Source of the DNA: Neoechinorhynchus agilis
Lineage: Eukaryota; Animalia; Acanthocephala
Direction of reading: 5' to 3'
Length of the DNA: 64,000 bases
Assembly (NCBI GenBank): GCA_051530055.1
Contig: CM121342.1
Span: 12,291,480 to 12,355,479 of the forward strand
A model generated the notes under the pieces. It was not told the origin of the DNA. It ran no database searches and was given only the letters and a program-made list of their open reading frames with translations. Every line of letters begins with the position of its first letter. The stretch's first letter is position 1. Below, in pieces: positions 1-11,293 of the stretch. The position numbers and the translations under genes are program-made.

Positions 1-839
1 TTGGATTACAAACCTTTTTAATATCGGAATTTTCGGACGTGAAATACCAGTAATAAATTAGTCAATTTAAATTTGGGGGTGGTATTACTACCAAAAGAAA
101 GAAGCTAAAAGTTGTAACGTTTGAACGGAAAATAATTTACTGGCTTTCTATTGACCACACAATAAAGCGTGGAATCGACGAAAAAAATATGAAAATGACT
201 TCCTGGCTTTAATTCAAAATGATCAAATTTGTGAAAATGTCAGGTTCGTACAAATGGGAATGCTTTTTAAAATTTGTGCTTGACTATTATGTCGAACATT
301 GTTATAAAGCCGATAAAACCAACTTACTTTTTGCGTAAGAAAGCCAGCAAAAGCATCACTTCGTCGAGGTAATCATCAAGAGCGCCTCGCCTTTCCACAA
401 CGCTTTTACTACCACAGTTTAATATGGAAAAGACGGGCAAATAGTGTTAGCAGTTTATCGAAAAATACAAGACAATTGGCGTCATTCTGGGAATTTGTGA
501 TGCGTACCTTAGAAGATGAAGATATCATAAGAGTTCATGAATACACCAATTTACAAATCTCACTTGCTGAGCAACATATAACAACTGACCACACTAAGAA
601 ACTTCAACAATTAAGACCTCAAACAGTAGAACGGTGTGGTTACATCGTGAATAGATCTAAGCACAAAAATCATATGCGGTACAGAACCGCAGACAGGAAA
701 AGCTCGGATCACGAACGTTCTTAAAGACAACGACGAGATAGCAATCACGAGGTCCCTTAAAGAGTTATCCGACCAGTAGAGGCCTTTATGGATGATTATC
801 GGAACGCGGCTTTGGAATTTCTTTACTATGACAAATTTT

Positions 840-1420
840 AGAGGCTGGTAAAAAATCCCACACGTAATACAGAGTATAAGTTAAACAGCTTACTTCGGAC
901 CTTGTTGAACCGGTCTCTCAGAAGTCCACAATTCTACAATAGGTCGCTTCTACATCTCCCTTCGAAGATTCACAAACACATCTTTCTATACGGTCCAATT
1001 GCATCTATCAATATACGCTTCAATCACCGGTTATCTATAAAAATCAATGCTACATTTAAACCAATTTTACTAATCACTGCTACCCACATTAAAGATGGCT
1101 CAACATTTACGGTTGAGATCAGGAATCTAAACGTCGAACAATACAGAATGTTTATGGCCGAACGTGAGCGCTCGTTTCATCAATAATCCAACTATCAGAG
1201 CATTCCAACGAACCACGTTTGGACCTAACCAAAGGTACTCCTTAATACAATGGTGCACGGGCTCGTCATTAGCTCCTACCTCAGCTGACATCTACACGCG
1301 TGAGTGGAAGTAGACTTTCTTGGAACTTTGTAGTGAATGCAAATAGGTGGTGGCAGTATGTGGATTATGGGTACATCCTGATTGACTCGAACAATATCAA
1401 CGACTAACTGAAGGCAGCAT
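840..1420 (+). mobile_element. Degenerate Penelope-like (PLE) reverse transcriptase remnant
   Basis: The + frame reads LVKNPTRNTEYKLNSLLRTL...SKIHKHIFLYGPIASIN...THIKDGSTFTVEIRNL...SFHQ*SNYQSIP...IMGTS. This follows the order of PLE RT motifs (K-DPT-KI, PKIHK-PLRPI, SHIKNS-FV, SFDV-SLYT-IP, AMGSP). It has stops and frameshifts; boundaries are approximate. Confidence 0.6.
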
Positions 1421-2279
1421 TGAGCATTCAAGATCAACACATAAGTGGGCTGTAAATAGAAAGAATTATGATGGCCAGAATTCGTTTCTGGGCGTCCTTG
1501 TTTTAAAGCTCAGTACAGGGAATCATATTTGAGGGAGAGACGCGTGAGATATTTCCTAAGTGTAAGTATGTGTTGGAGATAATTAACTCTAGATTCAGTA
1601 AATTTAGTAGAGGATTTTATGAGTTATCAATGGATAAAATTTGCACGAGGAAAATGTCTCTATCCTCAAAAGTCATAGAGGTGAAAAAGAGTTCCGTACA
1701 AATATTTATAGTCCAGGGGAAACCTATGGAAGAGTTAGCAAGTAGATGGGATGGACGGACATTGAAGTTGGTTTATATGGACCTGTTTATTAATGAAGCG
1801 GATCCAATCTCTTAGAAAAATAAGAAATCAGGAGATAAGTCTCTTGTGTTTTTCAAATGTGCGATAGTAAACAAAATGCTATACCAGCATTATATGCTGA
1901 AAAGCTAAAATTTAATCAAGTCAGAATCCTTATATGTTGATCCCGTCATTTGCTGCGTGTAGGATATAAACGATCTATCAATCAAGTGGACTGAGAAACA
2001 TTTTCTTACATTAATCCTTGATGCATGCAATTAGTCGTTGAAAATTATCCATCAAATCTAGAAGGCGGAATCGGGGATACTCTGCCAGGGGCAGCTAAAA
2101 GGACTAGTCTATTAGTTATTTTTTTAAGTTAAACGAAACATCGTGATTAAAATATGCACTTACGCTCAAACTTTCACTGTTAAACGGGATAATATTATGG
2201 AAAACCTCTTTTCCTAACACCCTCATGTTTTATTTGAGATTTTTATCAAACGAAAAATGGGTGTTTTTTATTTCTTAAT

Positions 2280-2318
2280 GCTCCAAATTTTCGACGCCTT
2301 GCGTCTTCGTCAGGGAGC
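2280..2318 (-). ncRNA. Minimal type-I hammerhead ribozyme motif (PLE-type)
   Basis: Minus strand reads GCUCC-CUGACGA-A-GACGC-AAG-GCGUC-GAA-AAUU-U-GGAGC: stem I (5 bp), core CUGANGA plus one extra nt, stem II (5 bp), GAAA, palindromic mini stem III, UH site. Confidence 0.7.
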
Positions 2319-2365
2319 TTCCCTTCGGTGATCTGAAAAGGATCAGAGGAGGTCACCGAAGAGAA

Positions 2366-2404
2366 GCTCCCTGACGAAGACGCAAGGCGTCGAAAAAATG
2401 GAGC
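2366..2404 (+). ncRNA. Hammerhead motif, mirror copy with mutated stem III
   Basis: GCUCC-CUGACGA-A-GACGC-AAG-GCGUC-GAAA-AAAU-GGAGC. Core and stems I/II are intact but the AAUU palindrome is lost. Confidence 0.5.
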
Positions 2405-3341
2405 ATTAAGAAATGAAAAATACCCATTTTTCGTTTAATAAAAATCTCAAATTAAACGGGATAGACTAGTGGATACAACAAACGTACCTTTATAATCCTT
2501 GATCATTCCAGGGATTTAGTAGGCTTGAAATTTTCATTAATAGTTCTTCAAAACACTGGCGCGACACACGATTAAATTATGATGGGTTATTTGACACAAT
2601 TTGCATTGGAGAACAGCAATGTTTTCCTATGTTGAAAATCAGCAGAACTACTCGAGTTAAATAGCAGTTAGGATTTTCTTGTAAGCATCGCAAAGTTCTC
2701 CAACAATCAAGAGCTGGATCCAGGAACGATATGCTGTAAAATGACGATAACAAATATCGAAAAGACCACCGCGTATAGGTGAGCTTTCAACATAAAAATC
2801 CGACCAAAACCCCCGACTGGATAAATATTGAAATCGGTTGAAATTATACGCTGAAGGCAATGTATTTAAATTAATAAAAAATGAGAAAATTACCGTTTTT
2901 TCATATTTCTTATGTAGCCTCCCTTGGCTATATGAACGCTTTTAAATCGTTCTCAAGCATTGTGGTTAAGATAAATTCCGTGTCCTTTAGCAGATTAATC
3001 GATTCCACGGGTGGTGGACAAGATTACCAAGCATGAAATTTAAAAAGCAATCCCATTTCTACGAAAGGAGCATTTTTAAAATTTTAAAATCTAAATGTTT
3101 TAAGGGATAATCAAATCACTTTTAATTAAAGTACGACAATTATTTTCAGGTCGATCTTACATTACACTCTGTAACCAATCAGAAGCCAGGAAAATAGTTT
3201 CAGTTCAAACGTTACAATTTTCAGCTTCATTGAGCGAAGGCTGCAACCTGAGTGTAAATCTGTGTAAAATAGAACATTAATCTTCGAAATAAAGGAAACT
3301 GAATGCTCTGTTGCTCATTTTATTCTTTAGTACATAGCAAG

Positions 3342-5692
3342 ATGCGAGAAAGTAAGTCTAAATCGCATCATCACAACCGATATACTTTATTTCCTTCTAG
3401 AAATCGTAAAAGTGAGCCAATTGGGCAGCTGGACGATTTTCTGCGTCTTCGTGTAATCATGATGACCAATCAAGGAATGAAACAGAACGAAATAGCCGCC
3501 CAGACCCGCGTTTCATACGGCACAATTTGCCAAATTTTAAAAAGGTACTGCAAGTTTTTCTGGCAAAACTTTAAAGTACATATTCGTTTTAGAAACAATG
3601 GTTTTGAAACAATAAAAAGACATAAAGCCTGTAAATGTCCTAAAAGTCGATTTTTCGAACGCCTTTAATACAGTCGATCGAACAGCCTTGCTAAGTACCT
3701 TTGCTCGAGAATTACCTGAAGCCTATGAATACTTTGTGAAGGCGTATGGTTCTAAGACACCTCTACATTTCAACGAGCACACCATTTGGTCCGAAACAGG
3801 CCTGCAACAAGGCGATCCTCTCGGCCCCATAGGATTTTCCTTAACAACCAATGGAATATCTCGTAAGCTCAAGGCAAGTTTGAACGTCTGGTACTTGGAT
3901 GACGCGACATTGGGCGGTGACCCAAAGACGGTTCTAGAAGACCTGCAATCCCTGCTTGTTTCTGCTGCGGAATTGGGCTTACGTGTCAACCCCGCGAAGT
4001 GTGAACTATTGCCACTAAATATTTCACATTCTCACATGGCGGATATAATGCAGTCCTTCGAATCCGTTGCCCCAGGAATCCGATTAATCAACCGGCAAAA
4101 CTTCACTCTTCTCGGCAGTTGCGTCCTGGATGCGAACATAGATCGCGAGATTGAAGAAGAGCTCCCTAAACTGGATCTTTTGTGCTCCCGCGTTCAAGAA
4201 TTGAATGCACACGAAGCTCTCTTCTTGGTGAGAAACTGCCTATACATACCGAAGCTTATGTTCAAGATGAGAGCAACCCCGTACTTCCGACACACCAAAC
4301 GTCTCCTTGACTTAGATGGTTTGATGAAAAAGCATCTTGAGAAGGTAACGAACTGCGCCATCACTGATGAAGCTTGGCAACAAGCTGCCCTTCCGATCAA
4401 ATACGGAGGTTTAGGCTTACGAAGTGTGGCTGGTTTGGCCCTTCCGGTATTCGTATCCTCGATGCACAAGACGGAGGAATTACAGGGGGAAATTCTTTTA
4501 AACAGAATGCCGAAGCCATGCAAACTATTGAAACAGGGAGTCACATCATGGCTCTCGCAGACCGGCCTGCAACAAGCTCCAACCAACGCGCACGAACAAT
4601 CTGCTTGGGATAAACCCTTAATCCTGACGGCTCACAACAAACTAAAAGGCCAGATGGACGAGATGTCTCAAGCTAGACTTGTGGCCAGTTCCTCGAATGA
4701 GTCAAGCGCATGGTTGAACGTTTTTCCAATTGGTACTTTGGGAACTTTGCTGGACGACGAGACAGTTCGAATAGCCGTCGCTCTACGTTTAGGACTTCCA
4801 ACCTGTGCCCCACACCGGTGCCGATGTGGAATAAAAGTTGACGTGCTCGGGAGACATGGACTCTACTGCAAGAGATCGAGCGGTCGTTTCCCAAGGCACG
4901 CAGAGCTCAACGCGATCATTAGCAGAGCTCTGAACTCGATCCACGTTCCAACCATCCTGGAGCCCAATCACCTTTGTCGCTCGGATGGTAAGCGTCCCGA
5001 TGGTATAACCGTTTTCCCTTGGAAAGAAGGGAAGAGTCTAATTTGGGACGCAACATGCGTGGACTCACTCGCCATGTCCAACCGGCAAGATGCTTTAGCG
5101 GAGACGGGAGGAGCAGCGAGTGCCGCCGAAAGGAGGAAAGCGGAGAAATACAATGAGCTCAAACAAAATTACATTTTCCTTCCTTTCGGCGTGGAGACAC
5201 AAGGGGCGCTGGGATCTTCGGCACGAAGCTTTTGTGCCGAACTCGGAAGACGACTTGCAGCAGAAACAGGGGAGCGACGCGAGAGGATTTTCCTGATACA
5301 AAGAATAAGCCTCGCAATCCAACGAGGAAATGCGGTCAGCGTCCGGGGGACGATTTAATCATTTTAAAATAAATTGTAAATCTGTTAAAAAAAATTTTCG
5401 TATTGGAATCGTCGTTTTATATAGATCAAAGGCCAAGTAAATCGGTAATGGAAGGAATAACCGTATTGTAAGAGCGCCCAGCTAAAAAAATAAAGGTAAG
5501 AAGACAAAATATTAACGATTCTTTATTTTTAAAGATTAAGTAAGAAAGCTGGTGAAATTTAGCGGTGCGACGTAAAGAAAAAAACAACAAATTTTCGTGT
5601 ACGTTTACAACTTTTGTTTTTAGACTTGGTTAACTAATCGTCGTCAAAAAGAATGCGGGCTAATGATTGGCCTATCAGCCTTTCTTGACTAA
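3342..5692 (+). pseudogene. Mini-Pax (PAI + homeodomain) gene copy 0, interrupted by a CRE element
   Basis: Exons 3342-3351, 3401-3544, 3593-~3635 plus ~5391-5495, and 5624-5692, with GT-AG introns. Last exon reads TWLTNRRQKE. Lesions: frameshifting deletion removing GVYVQSKP, CRE insertion at the homeobox start, TAA at HD position 38. Confidence 0.8.
3635..5393 (+). mobile_element. 5'-truncated CRE-clade non-LTR retrotransposon with intact RT-RLE reading frame
   Basis: The frame is open from VLKVDFSNAFNTVDR (3637) through QQGDPLGP, WYLDD, the C-R-C...HGLYCKR...RHAELN zinc-knuckle region and the RPDG...WDATCVD...FGVET restriction-like endonuclease, to the stop at 5358. A short A-run follows at ~5387-5393. 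Empty sites are present in the sister repeat units. Confidence 0.92.
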
Positions 5693-7140
5693 TAAATTTT
5701 GAAATTAATAAAACGATTAGCTCGTAGTAGAACGCTCTAATATAAAAATTAAAAAATCGATGCAATTTAAGATACTTTTGCAGCAAAAAACACGAAAAAT
5801 TGTACGGTTTTTATTTTGTGAATATTTTTGTACAAAAAAAATTCAAATCAGATAAAACAATTCGTTAAAAAATGTTGAGATTCTAAAGTAAATGCCTCGC
5901 CATGAATTCATTTAATGAAAGGTATAGTTCACTTCGTGATCGACAGGAGCAACTCGAATTTATTCTGCGTTTCCAGCTATTGCGAGACAAATGTCCGACA
6001 ATTACAACCCCGTGGGCGCCCTGCGATTCGAACGAGAGCATTTAAACACCTTCATGTTCAAAACTGAAGAAAGAGACCGATCAATATTTAAAATAATGTC
6101 GATAGTACCAATGAAAGAACCCAAGGATTCCGCTTTTTCTTCTTTTCTACTGGGCGATAAAAAATAAAGTTCGAATGAGGTGAATTTACTACTGATACTT
6201 GAAACTGAAAGTTTAGCTGCGCAAGGTCCCTTTGAAGAAAAAGACATTAAGCTCGATCCGATTCCTGGTTTGTAATTATAATGTCAACGTGGTCTCTTTT
6301 ATTATGGTATCGATCATTGGATTTTTGAGGAAATGATGGAATCCTGTGTGGATTCAGAAAAGGAGATAAAACTCAGGAACGTATTTCCTCTACAATTTTA
6401 CGATACTCCGTCTGCTCACACAAGACAACAAATTCAGGAACGTTGAGAATTCTACGTTGGTAGAAATAATTAACAACGGCATTGATATTTTTAAATTAAA
6501 TATTTCTATTTTTAATAATCTCCAAAACATCACTGACAATAAGGAACGGCAAATTCTGTAAAATGACGGATCATAAAATATAGAAAAAAGCTCCGCATAT
6601 CAGATAGCTTAAAGCATAGGAACCCGACTGCGTTCCTCCACTGGATCAATATTGAAATTGGTTGAAATTATACACTGAAGACAAGCATTAAAATCAATAA
6701 ACAACGATAAAATTACTGTTTTTTTATTTTTTTATGTAGCGTTCCTTCAGGTGCTTGAACGTTTCCAAATTGTTCTGAAACATTGTGGTTAAAGGAGATT
6801 CCGTGTCCCTAGCAGATTTATCGATTCCACGGATGATGGACAAGTTTACCAAGCATGAATTTTAAAAAGCAATCCCGTTTCTACGAAAGGAGCATTTTCA
6901 CAATTCTGAAATCTAAATGTTTTAAGGGATATTCTATTCACTTTTAATTAAAGTTCGTAAATTATATTAAAGTTCTTTTTCAGTATTTTTCAGCGATTTT
7001 GCATTATATTCTGTGGCCTCAGCTTCAATGATCGTAGAGTGTAACCTGAGTGTAAAATGCATGTAAAATCGAACACTATTCTTAGAAATGAAGGAAACTC
7101 AATGCTCAATTGCTCATATAATTCTTGAATACAGAGCAAG

Positions 7141-7768
7141 GTGCAAGGAAGTAGGTTTAAATCGCATTAATACGACCGATATACTTTATTTCCCCTTAGA
7201 AATCGAAAAACTGAGCCAATTGGACGGGGTTTACGTCCAAAGCAAACCACTGGACGATTCTCTGCGTCTTTGTGTAATCATGATAGCTAATCAAGGAATG
7301 AAACAAAATAGCCGCCCAGACCCGCGTTTCACACGGCACAATTTGCATAATTTTAAAAAAGTACTGCAAGTTTTTCTGACAAAACTTAAAAGTATATTCG
7401 TTTTAGAAACAATGGCGTTGAAACAATAAAGCGACATAAAGCCTCTAAAATACAATTCAACAAAGACCAAATTTTCGTATTGGAGTTGTCGTTTTATATA
7501 GATCAAAGGCGAAGTAAATCGGTAATGGAAGGAATAACTGTATTGTTAGAGCTCCCAGCTAAAAAAATAAAGGTAAGAAGACAAAATATTAACGATTCTT
7601 TATTTTTAAAGATTAAGTAAGAAAGCTGGTGAAATTTAGCGGTGCGACGTAAAGAAAAACCCACTAATTTTCGTGTACGTTTACAACTTTTCTTTTTAGG
7701 CTTAGTTAACTAATCGTCGTCAAAAAGAATGCGGGCTAATGATTGGCCTATCAGCCTTTCTTGACTAA
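7141..7768 (+). pseudogene. Mini-Pax gene copy 1
   Basis: Exon 1 is 7141-7150 (ATG changed to GTG), intron 7151-7199. Exon 2 reads SQLDGVYVQSKPLDDSLR with a 5-nt frameshift after GMKQN. HD exon reads IQFNKDQIFVLELSF...LELPAKKIK|GT. W48 is TAG at 7703-7705. Confidence 0.82.
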
Positions 7769-9215
7769 TAAATTTTGAAATTAATAAAACGATTAGCTCG
7801 TAGTAGAACGCTCAAATATAAAAATTAAAAAATCGATACAATTTAAGATACTTTTGCAGCAAAAAACACGAAAAATTGTACGGTTTTTATTTTGTGAATA
7901 TTTTTGTACAAAAAAATTCAAATCAGATAAAACAATTCGTTAAAAAATGTTGAGATTCTAAAGTAAATGCCTTGCCATGAATTCATTTAATGAAAGGTAT
8001 AGTTCACTTCGTGATCGACAGGAGCAACTCGAATTTATTCTGCGATTCCAACTATTGCGAGACAAATGTCCGACAATTACAACCCCGTGGGCGCCCTGCG
8101 ATTCGAACGAGAGCATTTAAACACCTTCATGTTCAAAACTGAAGAAAGAGACCGATCAATATTTAAAATAATGTCGATAGTACCAATGAAAGAACCCAAG
8201 GATTCCGCTTTTTCTTCTTTGCTACTGGGCGAAAAAAAAGAAGTTCGAATGAGGTGAATTTACTACTGATACTTGAAACTGAAAGTTTAGCTGCGCAAGG
8301 TCCCTTTGAAGAAAAAGACATTAAGCTCGATCCGATTCCTGGTTTGTAATTATAATGTCAACGTGGTCTCTTTTAGTATGGTATCGATCATTGGATTTTT
8401 TAGGAAATGATGGAATCCTGTGTGGATTCACAAAAGGAGATAAAACTCAGGAACGTATTTCCTCTACAATTTTACGATACTCCGTCTGCTCACACAAGAC
8501 AACAAATTCAGGAACGTTGAGAATTCTACGTTGGTAGAAATAATTAACAACGTCATTGATATTTTTAAATTGAATATTTCTATTTTTAATAATCTCCAAA
8601 ACATCACTGACAATAAGGAACGGCAAATTCTGTAAAATGACGGATCATAAAATATAGAAAAAAGCCCCGCATATCAGATAGCTTTAAGCATAGGAACCCG
8701 ACTGCATTCCTCCACTGGATCAATATTGAAATTGGTTGAAATTATACACTGAAGACAATGCACTAAAATCAATAAACAACGATAAAATTACTGTTTTATT
8801 ATTTTTTTATGTAGCGTTCCTTTAGGTGCTTGAACGTTTCCAAATTGTTCTGAAACATTGTGGTTAAAAGAGATTCCGTGTCCCTAGCAGATTTATCGAT
8901 TCCACGGATGATGGACAAGTTTACCAAGCATGAATTTTAAAAAGCAATCCCGTTTCTACGAAAGGAGCATTTTCACAATTCTGAAATCTAAATGTTTTAA
9001 GGGATATTCTATTCACTTTTAATTAAAGTTCGTAAATTATATTAAAGTTCTTTTTCAGTATTTTTCAGCGATTTTGCATTATATTCTGTGGCCTCAGCTT
9101 CAATGATCGTAGAGTGTAACCTGAGTGTAAAATGCATGTAAAATCGAACACTATTCTTAGAAATGAAGGAAACTCAATGCTCAATTGCTCATATAATTCT
9201 TGAATACAGAGCAAG

Positions 9216-9843
9216 GTGCAAGGAAGTAGGTTTAAATCGCATTAATACGACCGATATACTTTATTTCCCCTTAGAAATCGAAAAACTGAGCCAATTGGAC
9301 GGGGTTTACGTCCAAAGCAAACCACTGGACGATTCTCTACGTCTTTGTGTAATCATGATAGCTAATCAAGGAATGAAACAAAATAGCCGCCCAGACCCGC
9401 GTTTCACACGGCACAATTTGCCAAATTTTAAAAAGGTACTGCAAGTTTTTCTGACAAAACTTAAAAGTATATTCGTTTTAGAAACAATTGCGTTGAAACA
9501 ATAAAGAGACATAAAGCCTCTAAAATACAATTCAACAAAGACCAAATTTTCGTATTGGAGTTGTCGTTTTATATAGATCAAAGGCGAAGTAAATCGGTAA
9601 TGGGAGGAATAACTGTATTGTTAGAGCTCCCAGCTAAAAAAATAAAGGTAAGAAGACAAAATATTAACGATTCTTTATTTTTAAAGATTAAGTAAGAAAG
9701 CTGGTGAAATTTAGTGGTGCGACGTAAAGAAAAAACCACTAATTTTCGTGTACGTTTACAACTTTTCTTTTTAGACTTGGTTAACTAATCGTCGTCAAAA
9801 AGAATGCGGGCTAAATATTGGCCTATCAGCCTTTCTTGACTAA
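9216..9843 (+). pseudogene. Mini-Pax gene copy 2
   Basis: Same structure, with a GTG start and the same 5-nt frameshift in the PAI exon. The homeodomain exons are open, including TWLTNRRQKEC. Stop at 9841-9843. Confidence 0.82.
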
Positions 9844-11293
9844 TAAATTTTGAAATTAATAAAACGATTAGCTCGTAGTAGAACGCTCAAATATAAAAAG
9901 TAAAAAATCGATACAATTTAAGATACTTTTGCAGCAAAAAACACGAAAAATTGTACGGTTTTTATTTTGTGAATATTTTTGTACAAAAAAAATTCAAATC
10001 AGATAAATCAATTCGTTAAAAAATGTTGAGATTCTAAAGTAAATGCCTTGCCATGAATTCATTTAATGAAAGGTATAATTCACTTCGTGATCGACAGGAG
10101 CAACTCGAATTTATTCTGCGATTCCAACTATTGCGAGACAAATGTCCGACAATTACAACCCCGTGGGCGCCCTGCGATTCAAACGCGAGCATTTAGACAC
10201 CTTCATGTTCAAAACTGAAGAAAGAGACCGATCAATATTTAAAATAATGTCGATAGTACCAATGAAAGAACCCAAGGATTCCGCTTTTTCTTCTTTGCTA
10301 CTGGGCGAAAAAAAAGAAGTTCGAATGAGGTGAATTTACTACTGATACTTGAAACTGAGAGTTTAGCTGCGCAAGGTCCCTTTGATGAAAATGACATTAC
10401 GCTCGATCCGATTCCTGGTTTGTAATTATAATGTCAACGTGGTCTCTTTTAGTATGGTATCGATCATTGGATTTTTTAGGAAATGATGGAATCCTGTGTG
10501 GATTCACAAAAGGAGATAAAACTCAGGAACGTATTTCCTCCACAATTTTACGATACTCCGTCTGCTCACACAAGACAACAAATTCAGGAACGTTGAGAAT
10601 TCTACGTTGGTAGAAATAATTAACAACGTGATTGATATTTTTAAATTGAATATTTCTATTTTTAATAATCTCCAAAACATCACTGACAATAAGGAACGGC
10701 AAATTCATGTAAAATGATGGATCATGAAATATCGAAAAAACACCGCATATCAAATAGCTTTTAGCATAGGAACCCGACCGCATTCTTCGACTGGATCAAT
10801 ATTGAAATTGGTTGAAATTATACGCTGAGGGCAATGCACTCAAATCAATGGACAACGATAAAATTACTGTTTTTTCATCTTTTTTATGTAGCGCTCCTTT
10901 AGGTGCTTGAACGTTTCCAAATTGTTCTGAAGCATTGTAGTTAAGAGAGATTCCGTGTCTCCTAGCAGATTAATCGATTCCACGGATGATGGACAAATTT
11001 ACCAAGCATGAATTTTAAAAAGCAATCCCGTTTCTACGAAAGGAGCATTTCCACAATTCTGAAATCTAAATGTTTTAAGGGATATTCAATTCAGTTTTAA
11101 TTAAAGTTCGTAAATTATATTAAAGTTCTTTTTCAGTATTTTTCAGCGATTTTGCATTATATTCTGTGGCCTCAGCTTCAATGATCGTAGACTGTAACCT
11201 GAGTGTGAAATCCGTGTAAAACCGAACACTAATCTTAGAAATGAAGGAAACTCAATGCTCAATTGCTCATATAATTCTTGAATACAGAGCAAG

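Larger units (their letters stand above)
2227..2457. repeat. Fold-back palindrome, ~105-bp arms with 21-nt spacer (2332-2352)
   Basis: 2227-2331 is the reverse complement of 2353-2457 with few mismatches (e.g. TTTTCGACGCCTTGCGTCTTCGTCAGGGAGCTT vs AAGCTCCCTGACGAAGACGCAAGGCGTCGAAAA). Confidence 0.95.

Noticed and set aside
3723-5322. Antisense and alternate-frame ORFs over CRE, GFUS, ABCC, Gypsy and Tudor sequences
   Set aside because: Shadow ORFs of real coding strands with no independent motifs.
6030-6180. Possible hAT dimerisation-domain remnant (ETDQYLK...YWAKK)
   Set aside because: Several stops and no PATS/SERxFS motif. Similarity is too weak to call.
7200-7360. Reading the HTH in the tandem unit as a Tc1/mariner transposase N-terminus
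   Set aside because: There is no DDE domain or TIRs. The QLxGVxV..PL beta-hairpin, Pax-type intron positions and a downstream spliced homeodomain fit a Pax-derived gene better.
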